Source: Alphaproteobacteria bacterium (GTDB lineage Bacteria > Pseudomonadota > Alphaproteobacteria > JAPULJ01). Taken from it: a stretch of 64,000 nt of DNA. Where the stretch lies: NCBI GenBank assembly GCA_037387885.1, contig JARRKQ010000003.1, positions 11,675 to 75,674 of the forward strand, read 5' to 3'. The translations under genes and the position numbers were made by a program. How positions within the stretch are numbered: the first letter of the stretch is position 1; every line of letters begins with the position of its first letter. Below the pieces are notes generated by a model. The model was not told the origin of the DNA. It saw nothing but the letters and a program-made list of their open reading frames with translations, and searched no databases. Shown piece after piece: positions 1-10,014 of the stretch.

Positions 1-1733
1 CCGTGGCCGCGACCGCCGGGCAGCTTGTCGACGCCGATCGTGTAGAAGCGGCCGTTGGAGGCGAAGGCGATGAGGCGGTCGCTGGTCTGGGCGTGGATGC
101 GGAATTGTTCCGCGTCGCCCTCCTTGTATTTCGCCTCCGCATCGGGCTCGAGATGGCCGGTCCGCGCGCGAATCCAGCCCTTGGCCGAGCAGAGGACGGT
201 GACCGGCTCGACCTCCATGACGGTCTCGATCGGGATGATCTCGGCCGACGGCGCCTCGCCCATATCGGTGCGGCGGCGCCCGAGCGCGTCATCGCCGCCG
301 AAGCGCTTGCCGGTCTCGCGGATCTGGTCGGCGATCACGGTCCAGCGCCGCTTTTCGTCCTTCAGGCGCTTGAGGTCCTTTTCCTCGGCCTCGAGCGCGC
401 CCAGCTCCTCACGGATCTCGATCTCCTCGAGCTTGCGCAGCGCGCGCAGGCGCATGTTGAGGATCGCCTCCGCCTGGATGTCGGAGAGCTTCCACTTCTT
501 CATCATCACCTTTTTGGGCTCATCCTCCTCGCGGATGATGCGGATCACCTCGTCGATGTTGAGGTAGGCGATGATGTAGCCGCGCAGGATCTCCAACCGG
601 CGCGCGATCTTCTCCAGCCGGTGTTCGGTGCGGCGGACGAGGACGTCGTGGCGGTGGTCGAGGAAGGACTGCAGGACCTCGCGCAGGTTCATGACGCGCG
701 GCGTGCCGGTGGCGTCGAGCACGTTCATGTTGAGCGAGAGGCGGGTCTCGAGGTCGGTGCGGCGGAACAGGCCCTCCATGAGGGCTTCGGCGTCGAGATT
801 GCGGGTCTTGGGCACGAGGACGAGGCGCACATCCTCGGCCGATTCGTCGCGGATATCGGCCAATTGCGGCAGTTTCCGCTCGTGCATCAGGTCGGCCATC
901 TTCTCGATCAGCCGGGCCTTCTGGACCTGATAGGGCATCTCGGTGACGACGATCTGGTAACCGCCGCCCTTGATCTTCTCCGTCTTCCAGCGTGCGCGCA
1001 GGCGGAAGCTGCCACGGCCGGTCGTATACGCCTCGACGATCGCCTCGCGCGGCTCGACCATGACGCCGCCGGTGGGCAGATCGGGGCCGGGGATGAACTC
1101 GACCAGCTTGTCGAAGGTGGCGCGCGGGAATTTGATGAGGTGGAGCAAGGCCTTGCAGATCTCGCCCGCATTGTGCGGCGGGATCGAGGTCGCCATGCCG
1201 ACGGCGATGCCCGAGGCGCCGTTGGCGAGCAGGTTCGGGAAGTTGGCCGGCAGAACGGTCGGCTCCTCGCCCTCGTCGTCGTAGGTCGGGCGGAAATCGA
1301 CGGCGTTCTCATCGATGCCTTCGAGAAGGGCCTGGGCGACCTCGGTCAAGCGCGCCTCGGTGTAGCGCATGGCGGCGGCGTTATCGCCGTCGACATTGCC
1401 GAAATTGCCCTGCCCGTCGATCAGCGGATAGCGGACGGCGAAGTCCTGCGCCAGGCGCACCAGCGCGTCGTAGACGGCGGTGTCGCCGTGGGGGTGGAAC
1501 TTACCGATCACGTCGCCGACGACCCGCGCCGACTTCTTGAAGCCCTGGTCGGGGTCGAGCCGGAGCTGGCGCATCGCGTAGAGCAAGCGCCGATGCACCG
1601 GCTTCAGGCCGTCGCGGACATCGGGCAGCGAGCGCGCGGTGATGGTGGAGAGCGCGTAGGCGAGGTAGCGTTCGCCCAGCGCATCCGCCAGAGGTTTGTC
1701 GAGGACCTCGGCGGCGAAGACTTGGTCGGTCAT
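1..1733 (-). CDS. parC: DNA topoisomerase IV subunit A, N-terminal ~577 codons (3' end lies outside the window)
   Basis: My own minus-strand translation from ATG 1733..1731: [54 protein letters not shown]...[53 protein letters not shown]. These are type IIA topoisomerase A-subunit motifs with a ParC-like rather than GyrA-like N-terminus. It is absent from the ORF track because no stop lies inside the window. The 585-aa plus-strand ORF 3..1760 is its antisense shadow. Confidence 0.85.
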   Translation of the reverse strand, partial: MTDQVFAAEVLDKPLADALGERYLAYALSTITARSLPDVRDGLKPVHRRLLYAMRQLRLDPDQGFKKSARVVGDVIGKFHPHGDTAVYDALVRLAQDFAVRYPLIDGQGNFGNVDGDNAAAMRYTEARLTEVAQALLEGIDENAVDFRPTYDDEGEEPTVLPANFPNLLANGASGIAVGMATSIPPHNAGEICKALLHLIKFPRATFDKLVEFIPGPDLPTGGVMVEPREAIVEAYTTGRGSFRLRARWKTEKIKGGGYQIVVTEMPYQVQKARLIEKMADLMHERKLPQLADIRDESAEDVRLVLVPKTRNLDAEALMEGLFRRTDLETRLSLNMNVLDATGTPRVMNLREVLQSFLDHRHDVLVRRTEHRLEKIARRLEILRGYIIAYLNIDEVIRIIREEDEPKKVMMKKWKLSDIQAEAILNMRLRALRKLEEIEIREELGALEAEEKDLKRLKDEKRRWTVIADQIRETGKRFGGDDALGRRRTDMGEAPSAEIIPIETVMEVEPVTVLCSAKGWIRARTGHLEPDAEAKYKEGDAEQFRIHAQTSDRLIAFASNGRFYTIGVDKLPGGRGH

Positions 1734-1827
1734 GCGGAAATCCTTGAAGAACCGCGATAGGCGGAACCGCTAGATATAGTATTGAGATCGGGTTACAGGG
1801 GCAACATCAAGGTTGAGCGTTGGACGC

Positions 1828-2304
1828 TTATTTTTCCAGCGCAGCCTCGATCTTGCCGATCAGGCGCTCCAGCTCGTCGCGCTCGCGCGGGCTCAGCGCT
1901 TGCGCGATCCTGGCTTCGAGGCGGCGCGCGCGCGGCACCAGCATACCGTAAACCCGCCAGCCCTGCTCCGTCAGAAAGACCTCGAAGGTGCGTCCGTCGC
2001 CGGCCTTGGCGCGCTTACCGAGCAGGCCGAGCTCAAGCAGACGCGCGACCAGGCGGCTCACGGTGGCCTTCGGCTGGGTGCCGAGGCGGCGGATATCGAC
2101 GGGCATGATGGGGCCGCGGTCGGCGACGATCGCCAATACCTTCCATTCGGGAAGCGCGATGAGGACGGGAGCCGCCGCAAGATCGGCTTCGGTGACGGTC
2201 AGGCGGTGACCGAGCGCGCCGAACCGATAGGGCAGAAAGTCGGCGAGACAAATTGTGCCGGCCGGGCGGTCTGCCGTCTTCGCAGCGATTGCATTGGCAG
2301 TCAT
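1828..2304 (-). CDS. MarR-family transcriptional regulator
   Basis: Last 158 aa of track ORF 1828..3525, starting at ATG 2304..2302: MTANAIAAKTADRP...LPEWKVLAIVADRGPIMPVDIRRLGTQPKATVSRLVARLLELGLLGKRAKAGDGRTFEVFLTEQG, a winged-helix MarR pattern. The rest of that 565-aa ORF is antisense to the Rieske gene. Confidence 0.8.
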   Translation of the reverse strand: MTANAIAAKTADRPAGTICLADFLPYRFGALGHRLTVTEADLAAAPVLIALPEWKVLAIVADRGPIMPVDIRRLGTQPKATVSRLVARLLELGLLGKRAKAGDGRTFEVFLTEQGWRVYGMLVPRARRLEARIAQALSPRERDELERLIGKIEAALEK

Positions 2305-2366
2305 CGGTCCCTGCCCTTTCCGGCGGCGTCGGCGCCATTGACAGCGCGAGGCGCGCGTCGTTAGAA

Positions 2367-2386
2367 TTCGTTCCATATAGAACGAA
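2367..2386. promoter_or_regulatory. Perfect inverted repeat TTCGTTC-N6-GAACGAA, candidate MarR operator
   Basis: Read directly: ttcgttc catata gaacgaa. It is an AT-rich island in the divergent spacer 2305..2463 between marR and the Rieske oxygenase gene. Confidence 0.5.
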
Positions 2387-2463
2387 CTGAACCGCCGGGC
2401 AAGAGCGGGGATCGCGGGACCGCCACCGATAGGCCGGCCCGCCGAACGGGAGAGAACCGGACG

Positions 2464-3483
2464 ATGTTCCTGAAAAATCAATGGTATGCGGCCGCCTTTC
2501 CGCATGAGCTCACGGACACGCCGGTCGCGCGCATGATCTGCGGCGAGCCGGTCGTGCTGTTCCGCACGGCGTCGGGCGCGCCGGTGGCATTGGAGGATCG
2601 CTGCCCGCATCGATACGCACCGCTCTCGGCCGGGCGCTGCGCGGGCGAGACGATCGCCTGCGGCTATCACGGCATCGAGTTCGGCCGGGACGGCGCCTGC
2701 ATGCATATCCCGGGGCAGCCGAACATCCCGCCCAAGATGCGCGTGCGCAGCTATCCGATCGTGGAGAAGTCCGGCTGGGCCTGGATCTGGATGGGCGAGG
2801 CGGCCGCAGCCGATGCCGGCGAGATCCCGGATTATTACTGGCTGGAGTCCGAAGAATGGGTGAGCTTCGCGCGGCTCTACCCGATCAAGGCGCATTGGGA
2901 GCTGTGCGCCGATAACCTGCTCGACCTGAGCCACACCCCCTTCATCCACACCAAGACCGTGGGCGTGCGCGAGATGGCCGAGGTTCCGGTCAAGACCTGG
3001 ACCGAGGGGACCCACGTCTACCAGCGGCGCACCATGGAGCAGGTGACGCCGAGCCCGTTCGTCGCCGAATGGGGCGGTTTCAAGGGCGCGATCGACCGCG
3101 TCGCCACGCTCGAATGGCAGCCGGCGGGCAACATGGCGGCGGCCCTCGTCTACGAGGACCCGACGAACCGCATCACGCTGCGGCTCACCAATCCCCTCAC
3201 GCCGGAGACCGAGACGACGACGCATGTCTGGTTCGCCTGGTCGCGTGACTTCGGGCCGAAGGAGGAGGACCATCCCGCTTCGATCCGCTTCAAGGAGCAG
3301 AGCTTCGCCGTGATGGCCGAGGATGTCGGCATCATGGAGATCCAGCAGGCCGCGATCGACCGCACCGGTCGGCCGCGCCCGCCGGTGCCGATCAATGCCG
3401 ACGCCACGCTGATCGCCGCGCGCAAGATGGTGGAGAAGCTGCTGCGGGAGGAAGCGGGCGACGGCGAGCGTCTCTCGGCCTGA
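2464..3483 (+). CDS. Rieske [2Fe-2S] aromatic oxygenase alpha subunit, VanA/phthalate-family type
   Basis: MFLKNQWYAAAFPHEL... with Rieske ligands CPHRYAPLS...CGYHG. Length 339 aa is typical of vanillate-demethylase-like oxygenases. Confidence 0.85.
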   Translation: MFLKNQWYAAAFPHELTDTPVARMICGEPVVLFRTASGAPVALEDRCPHRYAPLSAGRCAGETIACGYHGIEFGRDGACMHIPGQPNIPPKMRVRSYPIVEKSGWAWIWMGEAAAADAGEIPDYYWLESEEWVSFARLYPIKAHWELCADNLLDLSHTPFIHTKTVGVREMAEVPVKTWTEGTHVYQRRTMEQVTPSPFVAEWGGFKGAIDRVATLEWQPAGNMAAALVYEDPTNRITLRLTNPLTPETETTTHVWFAWSRDFGPKEEDHPASIRFKEQSFAVMAEDVGIMEIQQAAIDRTGRPRPPVPINADATLIAARKMVEKLLREEAGDGERLSA

Positions 3484-3508
3484 GCGGCGAACGCACGGCG
3501 CCACACGC

Positions 3509-4585
3509 ATGGACTTCGGCCTCAACTTCTTTCCGAGCGTCGGCCCGGACGAGCTGCCGGCCGACCGCTATTGGTCGGAAGCGCTCGCACTGTCCGAGCT
3601 CGCCGATGCGCTTGGCTATCATCACATCCGCACGGTCGAGCACTATTTCGAGCCCTATGGCGGCTACAGTCCCAACCCGATGTTGTTCCTGGCGGCCGCC
3701 GCGCAGCGCACCAAGCGGGCGCGGCTCATCACCGGGGCGGTGCTGCCGATCTTCAACAGCCCGCTCAAGCTCGCGGGCGAGATCGGCATGCTCGATGCGC
3801 TCTCCGGCGGGCGGCTTGAGGTCGGCTTCGCCCGCGCCTTCCTGCCGCACGAGTTCACGCGCTTCGGACGCAGCCTCGACGAATCGCGCGCTCGCTTCGA
3901 GGAAGGCCTGGCGCAGATCCTCGAACTCCTTGCCAAGGAGAACGTGTCCAGCGACGGGCAATTTCATTCCTTCGCGAACGTTACCTCGCTGCCACGGCCT
4001 GTGCAGACCCCTACTCCGCCGGTCTGGATCGCCGCATCGAGCACGCCGGAAAGCTTCCAGAAAGCGGGTGCGGCCGGGCACTCGGTGATGGCGATCCCGA
4101 TGGCGGGCGGCAAGATCGCCGAGATCGTCGGGCTCTACCGCGAAGCCTGGCAGGCGGCGGGGCATCCGGGACGCGGGCGCGTCATGTTCGCGTTCTCGAT
4201 GTGCTGCATGCCGACGGCCGATGAGGCGATCGCGCTCTACCGCGAGCCGATGAACGCTTATATGAGCGCGCTTGCCGATGCGACGGCGGGCTGGCTTGGC
4301 GGCAGCGCTTCGGCGGATTATCCGAACTACGACAAGATGGCCGAGACGATCCGCCAGCAGACCTTCGACAATCAGCGCGACAGCGGGCTCTGCTGGGCCG
4401 GCACGCCGGCCGAGATAAGACGCTGGATCGAAGACTACGCCTCCGTGGTAGACTTCGAGATCGCCTCGCTGCAGGTCAACCAGCACCTGATGCCGCGCGA
4501 GGCGGCAGAGCGGTCAATCCGCCTGTTCGCGGCGGAAGTGGCGCCCTACTTCGCCGAGCAGCCGGCAGCCGCGGCGGGCGAGTAG
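3509..4585 (+). CDS. LLM-class (luciferase-like) flavin-dependent oxidoreductase
   Basis: MDFGLNFFPSVGPDE...YHHIRTVEHYFEPYGGYSPNPMLFLAAAAQRTKRARLITGAVLPIFNSPLKLAGEIGMLDALSGGRLEVGFARAF, the family-typical pattern. Confidence 0.8.
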   Translation: MDFGLNFFPSVGPDELPADRYWSEALALSELADALGYHHIRTVEHYFEPYGGYSPNPMLFLAAAAQRTKRARLITGAVLPIFNSPLKLAGEIGMLDALSGGRLEVGFARAFLPHEFTRFGRSLDESRARFEEGLAQILELLAKENVSSDGQFHSFANVTSLPRPVQTPTPPVWIAASSTPESFQKAGAAGHSVMAIPMAGGKIAEIVGLYREAWQAAGHPGRGRVMFAFSMCCMPTADEAIALYREPMNAYMSALADATAGWLGGSASADYPNYDKMAETIRQQTFDNQRDSGLCWAGTPAEIRRWIEDYASVVDFEIASLQVNQHLMPREAAERSIRLFAAEVAPYFAEQPAAAAGE

Positions 4586-4616
4586 CCCGGACAAGGACTT
4601 TTGAGGAGAGACTGAC

Positions 4617-5591
4617 ATGGATGGCGGGCCCCTTCCCGACGAGCTTCGCAACGCCCCCGATCTCGATACGCTGGTGAGCCGCGCCGAGGCGCTCGACCTG
4701 TTGCCCGGCTGGACGCCGAAGGTCACGGCGGGCATGTGGTCCGAGCCCAAGACGCCCTATGTGCCGGCGCATTGGAAGTGGTCCGACGCCAAGGCGGCGA
4801 TGGACGGGGCGCTGCGGCTCATCGACACCAAGCTCGCCGAGCGGCGCAACTTCGCCATGATCAATCCCTCGCAGACCGACACGTCCGCGACGATGAATTC
4901 GCTCGTCTGCGCCTACCAGGCAATCCTGCCGGGCGAGCATGCGCGCTCGCACCGCCACGCGCCCGACGCATTCCGCATCATCCTCGACTCGCACGGCGCC
5001 TGGTCCTGCGTCGACGGCGAGAAGCATCCGATGGAGACCGGCGACATCGTGCTGACGCCGGGCATGAGCTGGCACGGCCACGGCCATGACGGCGACGTGC
5101 CGGCCTTTTGGTTCGACGGGCTCAACGTGCCGCTGCTGCGCCGTTTGGAGCCGATGTTCTTCGAAGACCATCCCGACGGCATGGAGCCGATCAAGCGCAC
5201 CGTCGAGGTCTCGCCCTACCGCTTCACCGGCGCCTGGCAGCAGGAGCAGCTCGGTGACGCGGCCGAGGACGCCGACGGGCATTTCGGCCACCGCATCGTG
5301 CTCGACACGTCGTCAATGCCGGCGATGGGCATTCATGTGCACCGCTGGGAGAAGGGCTTCGCCAGCCGGCCCTATCGCAGCACCGCCAATCAGGCCTTCA
5401 TCGTCACCGACGGGAGCGGCTCGAGCACGATCGGCGAGGAGACGTTCGAATGGAGCTTCGGCGATACCTTCATCGCCCCCTGCTGGACCCGGGTGGAGCA
5501 CAAGGCCTCGGAGCGCGCGACCGTGGTGGCGATGAGCGACGAGCCGGTGATGCGCTTCTGCAAGTTCTGGCAGTTCGAGGCGCTCGACTAA
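4617..5591 (+). CDS. Bicupin ring-cleavage dioxygenase, gentisate 1,2-dioxygenase-like
   Basis: 324 aa with ...LVCAYQAILPGEHARSHRHAPDAFRIILDSHGAWSCVDGEKHPMETGDIVLTPGMSWHGHGH..., a cupin His cluster as in gentisate / 1-hydroxy-2-naphthoate dioxygenases. Confidence 0.75.
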   Translation: MDGGPLPDELRNAPDLDTLVSRAEALDLLPGWTPKVTAGMWSEPKTPYVPAHWKWSDAKAAMDGALRLIDTKLAERRNFAMINPSQTDTSATMNSLVCAYQAILPGEHARSHRHAPDAFRIILDSHGAWSCVDGEKHPMETGDIVLTPGMSWHGHGHDGDVPAFWFDGLNVPLLRRLEPMFFEDHPDGMEPIKRTVEVSPYRFTGAWQQEQLGDAAEDADGHFGHRIVLDTSSMPAMGIHVHRWEKGFASRPYRSTANQAFIVTDGSGSSTIGEETFEWSFGDTFIAPCWTRVEHKASERATVVAMSDEPVMRFCKFWQFEALD

Positions 5592-5649
5592 GCCGCCCCT
5601 GACGCGCTATGCAAGGCCTCACATCACGCAGAAGATATGAGGCGGCCCC

Positions 5650-5925
5650 ATGCAGGTTCGGTCCCTGAGCGGCAAGCGGATCACCGAAGGCGCGATCACG
5701 GTCACGCTGATCGACGGCGACAACCTCGCGATTCTGACCAACGCCAAGAACGAGGCGCTTTCGGTGCCCAAGGACGAGGTCAACCGCGTGATCGAAAGCA
5801 TCCGCACGCGCACCGCCAAGTACGAGTTCAAATCCGAGGGCGAAGCTGCGGAGCTCGAAAGCCAGCTGACTGCCTTGTGGAACCGCATCCATCACGCGAC
5901 GGGCCACGCCAGCCCGATGGCGTGA
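5650..5925 (+). CDS. Hypothetical small protein (91 aa)
   Basis: ORF with balanced, non-shadow-like composition (MQVRSLSGKRITEGAITVTLIDGDNLAILTNAKNEALSVPKDEVNRVIESIRTRTAKYEFKSEGE...). I recognise no family. Confidence 0.4.
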   Translation: MQVRSLSGKRITEGAITVTLIDGDNLAILTNAKNEALSVPKDEVNRVIESIRTRTAKYEFKSEGEAAELESQLTALWNRIHHATGHASPMA

Positions 5926-5965
5926 CGGCGGCCGGCCGTTTGTCCGAATATCCCGCATATCGTCC

Positions 5966-6538
5966 GTGAGCACCGACATCACGACCGCGCCGCTGACGCC
6001 CGAACGTTGGGCGGATTTCGAGACGCTGATGGGCCCCAAGGGCGGCTCCGGCGGTTGCTGGTGCATGCTGTGGCGCCAGACCAAGGCCGAGCACGACGCC
6101 AATGCCGGCGACGCGAACCGCGCGGCGATGAAGGCGATCGTCGAGAGCCGCGAAGCGCCGGGGCTGCTGGCCTATGAGGGCGAGGTGCCGGTGGGCTGGA
6201 TCTCGGTGGCGCCGCGGCCGGCCTTTCCGCGGCTCGAAAGCTCACGGGTGCTGAAGCCGATCGACGACCAGGAGGTCTGGTCGGTCTCGTGCTTCCTGAT
6301 CGAGAAGGGCCGTCGCCGGCAAGGCATCGCAACGAAGTTGCTGGAGGCGGCCTGCGACTTCGTGGCCGAGCACGGCGGGCATATCGTCGAGGGCTATCCC
6401 ATCGTGGCGAACCGGCCCGACTATCCCGACGTCTACGCCTGGATCGGCTTCGACAGCGTCTTCAAGCGCGCCGGCTTCGAAGAGGTTGCCCGCACCTCGA
6501 CCAGGCGCCGCATCATGCGGAAGATGCTGGAGACCTGA
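5966..6538 (+). CDS. GNAT-family N-acetyltransferase
   Basis: ...VSCFLIEKGRRRQGIATKLLEAACDFVAEHGGHIVEGYP..., an acetyl-CoA binding motif (R-x-x-G-x-A type). Confidence 0.75.
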   Translation: MSTDITTAPLTPERWADFETLMGPKGGSGGCWCMLWRQTKAEHDANAGDANRAAMKAIVESREAPGLLAYEGEVPVGWISVAPRPAFPRLESSRVLKPIDDQEVWSVSCFLIEKGRRRQGIATKLLEAACDFVAEHGGHIVEGYPIVANRPDYPDVYAWIGFDSVFKRAGFEEVARTSTRRRIMRKMLET

Positions 6539-6617
6539 AGTCGGCCGGCAGCCCGTGGTCAGCCTGCCGTCTTCAGGCTATCCTCAACTACCAACCGCAA
6601 CGGTGGGGACCAGCCGC

Positions 6618-8408
6618 GTGGCCACCGACACCGTCATCCGCAAGCTCGCCGCCGTCGCCGCGGCCGACGTGGTCGGCTATTCGCGGCTCATGGAGGGCGA
6701 CGAGGCCGGCACCCTCGCCCGCCTCAAATCCGCCCGCGCCGACGTCATCGATCGCGCCGTCGCCGGGCACGGCGGCCGCATCGTCAAGACAACCGGCGAC
6801 GGCATGCTCGTGGAGTTCGCCAGCGCTGTCGCCGCCGCGCAGTGGGCGCTGGCGGTGCAAGTGGCGTTAGCGGCGCGCGAACCGGAAAGGCAGGAGGACG
6901 AGCGCATCGCGCTGCGCATCGGCCTCAATCTGGGCGACGTGATTCTCGATGGCGACGATATCTATGGCGACGGGGTCAACGTGGCAGCGCGGCTCGAGGC
7001 ATTGGCGCCGCCCGGCGGCATCGCCGTCTCCGGCGCGGTGCAGGAGCAGATCCACGGCAAGGTGGATGCCGAGTTCGTGGATGCGGGCGAGCATCACGTC
7101 AAGAACATCACCCGGCCGCTCAAGGTCTGGACCTGGCGGCTGGCGCCCGATCCAGGCGCGGCGACCGCTTCGATGACCGCGGCCGATGACGACGGAGAGC
7201 GGCCGTCGATCGTGGTTCTACCCTTCGTCGACATGGGCGGCGGGGCCGACCAGGAATGGTTTGCCGACGGCATTACCGAGGAGATCATCACCGGGCTCGC
7301 CCGCCTGCCCGGTTTCCTGGTCATCGCCCGCAACTCCGCCTTTACCTACAAAGGCCGCGCGGTGAACGTGAGCGAGATCGTGCGCGAACTGGGCGTGCGC
7401 TACGTCCTGGAGGGCAGCGTGCGCGCAGCGACCGGCCGTCTGCGCATCACCGCGCAGCTCATCGACGGCGCTACAAGCCAGCATATCTGGGCCGACAAGT
7501 TCGAAGGCGAGCCCACCGACGTGTTCGCCCTGCAGGATGAGATCACGCGCAAGATCATCAGCACGATCCAGCCAGAGATCATCCATGCGGAGAACACGCG
7601 CCTGCGCGCCGCGCCGGCCCGGACGCTGGCTGCCTGGGAATGCATCACGCGCGGGACCGCCCACTATTGGCGCTGGACGCGCCACGACTTCGCGGAGGCC
7701 GAGCGTCTCACACGCGAGGCGATCGCGCTCGAACCCGACAACGCCGAGGCCCTGGCCCTGCTGGCGCTGACCCGATGGGGCCAGGCGATCAGCGGCTTCG
7801 TGCGGCCAGGCGCGCCGGCGATGGCCGAGTCGCTGGAGATGGCGAAAAGGGCCGTCGCCGCGAACCATCACGCCTCGCATGCACGGATGGCACTCGGCAC
7901 GGCGCTGATGGGCGTGGAACGGCCCGACGAGGCCATGGCCGAGATCGAGCGCGCCGTCGAGAGCGATCCGGGTTCATCCGAAGTGCTGCTGATGAGCGGG
8001 CTTGTGAACGCCTATATAGGATCGCCGGAGCTGGCGATCGAACATTCCCGCGCCTCTTTGCGCCTCAATCCCCGTGACCCAATGGTTTATGCGCGATATC
8101 AGAACATGGGTTTCGCGCATTTCGCGCTCGGGCAATACGCGGAGGCGTTGGATTGTACGCGCCGCGTCAAACGCGTGCTTCCGGAGTGGACCGAGGCGTG
8201 GACGCTCGAGATTGCCTGCCTCGCCCTGCTCGACCAGATGGACGATGCGCGTCGGGCGGCCGGCGACGCACGACATTTCAATCCGCAAATCAACCTCGCC
8301 TACGTCGCGCGCCGCCATCCCTATCGGAACCCGTCGGTGCGGGCGCGCCTCATCGAGGCCTTACGCAACGCCGGCATTCCCGAAACGGCGACGCAGGCCT
8401 CAAACTGA
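6618..8408 (+). CDS. Class III adenylate/guanylate cyclase with C-terminal TolB-like/TPR region
   Basis: I place the start at GTG 6618, in frame with track ORF 6486..8408, because the upstream part overlaps the GNAT gene. RKLAAVAAADVVGYSRLMEGDEAGT...GRIVKTTGDGMLVEFASA...IGLNLGDVI..GDDIYGDGVNVAARLE is the cyclase core. TPR-like repeats follow in the C-terminal half. Confidence 0.8.
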   Translation: MATDTVIRKLAAVAAADVVGYSRLMEGDEAGTLARLKSARADVIDRAVAGHGGRIVKTTGDGMLVEFASAVAAAQWALAVQVALAAREPERQEDERIALRIGLNLGDVILDGDDIYGDGVNVAARLEALAPPGGIAVSGAVQEQIHGKVDAEFVDAGEHHVKNITRPLKVWTWRLAPDPGAATASMTAADDDGERPSIVVLPFVDMGGGADQEWFADGITEEIITGLARLPGFLVIARNSAFTYKGRAVNVSEIVRELGVRYVLEGSVRAATGRLRITAQLIDGATSQHIWADKFEGEPTDVFALQDEITRKIISTIQPEIIHAENTRLRAAPARTLAAWECITRGTAHYWRWTRHDFAEAERLTREAIALEPDNAEALALLALTRWGQAISGFVRPGAPAMAESLEMAKRAVAANHHASHARMALGTALMGVERPDEAMAEIERAVESDPGSSEVLLMSGLVNAYIGSPELAIEHSRASLRLNPRDPMVYARYQNMGFAHFALGQYAEALDCTRRVKRVLPEWTEAWTLEIACLALLDQMDDARRAAGDARHFNPQINLAYVARRHPYRNPSVRARLIEALRNAGIPETATQASN

Positions 8409-8477
8409 GCAACGCAAGCATATGAACCGCCGCGAGACCACGACGGCGAACGGAGTTTATTTAGGAGGAGCGGTCAC

Positions 8478-9536
8478 ATGACACCGGCAAACCAATCACC
8501 CACGGCGGGCGAGCCGACGGCGGATGAACAGGTCGCCAAAGTTTTTGCATGGCGGCGGGGCTTCAATGCGATGCATCTGATCGATATCGGCGTGCGGCTC
8601 GGCCTCTTCGAGGCGTTCGCACAAAGACCGGACTCGACGGGCAGCGAGGTCGCCGACGCGCTAGGGCTGCACGCGCCCTATGTCGAGACCTGGTGTACGA
8701 CCGCCTATTCCTTCGGGCTGCTCGAAGGGAATGAGGATCGCACGTTCAGCCTGGCGCCGTACATGGACGAGATTCTCGCCAAGCCCGGCCACCCGCGCTA
8801 CCTGGGCGGCTACGTCCATTTGGGTACGGAATTCGCGACCGAGGATCACCGATATTGCCTGGAGGCCTTCAAGACGGGCGAGCCGGTACCGTTCCAGGGC
8901 CGTAGCGAGGCGTTCTCCGCGGCCGTGGCGGAGGGCACGGCGGGGCTGCAGTTCCTGAGCAGCCGGAAGCTGCTGCCCGAGCTGCCGGGCCTGAAGGAGA
9001 AGCTCGATGCGGGCGGCACTGTGCTCGAGGTCGGCTGCGGCGAGGGCCGCCACTTGATGCAGCTCGCCAAGGTGTTTCCGAAAGCGCGTTGCGTCGGCGT
9101 CGATATCGACCCGACCGGCATGAAGCAGGCACGCGCGGCCCTCAAGAAGGCGGGGCTGGCGGACCGGATCGAGCTGGTGGCGGGCCAGATCGGCGATGCG
9201 GTGGCGGATGGCTCGGTCGATGCGATCGTGATGATCGAGGTGCTGCACGAGATCGCGCCCGGCATCCGCCAGACGGTGATCGACGATTGCGCGCGGGCGC
9301 TGGCGCCGGGCGGCTGGCTGCTGATCGTCGACGAGACCTATCCGAGCACCCTCGCCCAGTCGCGCGAGGCGGAGTTCCTGTTTCCGGTGCAGACGGGGTT
9401 CGAGGAGCTCACCTGGGGCAACGTGCTGCCGACGCGCGAAGAGCAGGAGACGTTGCTCAAGACCGCCGGGTTCAAGCCCGATGTCGGCCGCGCGGTGATC
9501 GGCGAGGGCTTCACCGTGCTCTCGGCGCAGAAGTAG
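8478..9536 (+). CDS. Class I SAM-dependent methyltransferase (O-methyltransferase-like, N-terminal wHTH dimerisation region)
   Basis: SAM motif I VLEVGCGEGRH, then VGVDIDP and IVMIEVLHEI. 352 aa. Confidence 0.75.
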   Translation: MTPANQSPTAGEPTADEQVAKVFAWRRGFNAMHLIDIGVRLGLFEAFAQRPDSTGSEVADALGLHAPYVETWCTTAYSFGLLEGNEDRTFSLAPYMDEILAKPGHPRYLGGYVHLGTEFATEDHRYCLEAFKTGEPVPFQGRSEAFSAAVAEGTAGLQFLSSRKLLPELPGLKEKLDAGGTVLEVGCGEGRHLMQLAKVFPKARCVGVDIDPTGMKQARAALKKAGLADRIELVAGQIGDAVADGSVDAIVMIEVLHEIAPGIRQTVIDDCARALAPGGWLLIVDETYPSTLAQSREAEFLFPVQTGFEELTWGNVLPTREEQETLLKTAGFKPDVGRAVIGEGFTVLSAQK

Positions 9537-9604
9537 CGGGCAAGATCAGCGTCCGTTCGGGCTCGCCAACATGGTGCGGTCCGCACTTTTGGAGGAGACG
9601 CAGC

Positions 9605-9997
9605 ATGGATCGGTTCACCGGCGGTTGTCTGTGCGGCAACGTCCGAATTGTGGCGACAGGACGCCCCTACCGGGTTGGCCTGTGTCACTGTCTCGACTGC
9701 CGCAAGCATCATGGCGCGCTGTTTCACGCCTCCGGGGTATTCCCTCAGGATGCGGTGACGATCGAGGGTGAAACACGCGACTACCACGGGCGGTATTTCT
9801 GCCCGCGCTGCGGCTCGCCCGTGTTCGGACGCAGCGGAGACGAAGTCGAGGTGAACTTGGGGGCCCTGGATACCCCCGACCAACTGACGCCGACCTACGA
9901 AAGCTGGATCATCCGTCGCGAGTCCTGGCTGCCGCCGTTTCCGCTCACCAGACGATACGAGCGCGACCGCGATCCCACGACGCGCTTTGAAGAGTAG
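9605..9997 (+). CDS. GFA-family protein (glutathione-dependent formaldehyde-activating / CENP-V-like zinc fold)
   Basis: Starts at ATG 9605, inside track ORF 9089..9997: MDRFTGGCLCGNVRIVATG...GLCHCLDCRKHHGALF...FCPRCGSPVF. Cys ligand pattern of the GFA family. Confidence 0.75.
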   Translation: MDRFTGGCLCGNVRIVATGRPYRVGLCHCLDCRKHHGALFHASGVFPQDAVTIEGETRDYHGRYFCPRCGSPVFGRSGDEVEVNLGALDTPDQLTPTYESWIIRRESWLPPFPLTRRYERDRDPTTRFEE

Positions 9998-10014
9998 GTC
10001 GGATTGATGAAGAG

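Noticed and set aside
3-1760. 585-aa plus-strand ORF, the longest ORF at the left edge
   Set aside because: Its composition is repetitive and A/G/R/L/D/E-rich, typical of the antisense frame of a GC-rich gene. The minus strand translates cleanly to ParC with all type IIA topoisomerase motifs.
1795-1830. Hairpin agcgt-tgg-acgct followed by ttattttt, resembling a plus-strand terminator
   Set aside because: No plus-strand gene ends there, and the T-run is the reverse complement of the marR terminal codons (E K stop).
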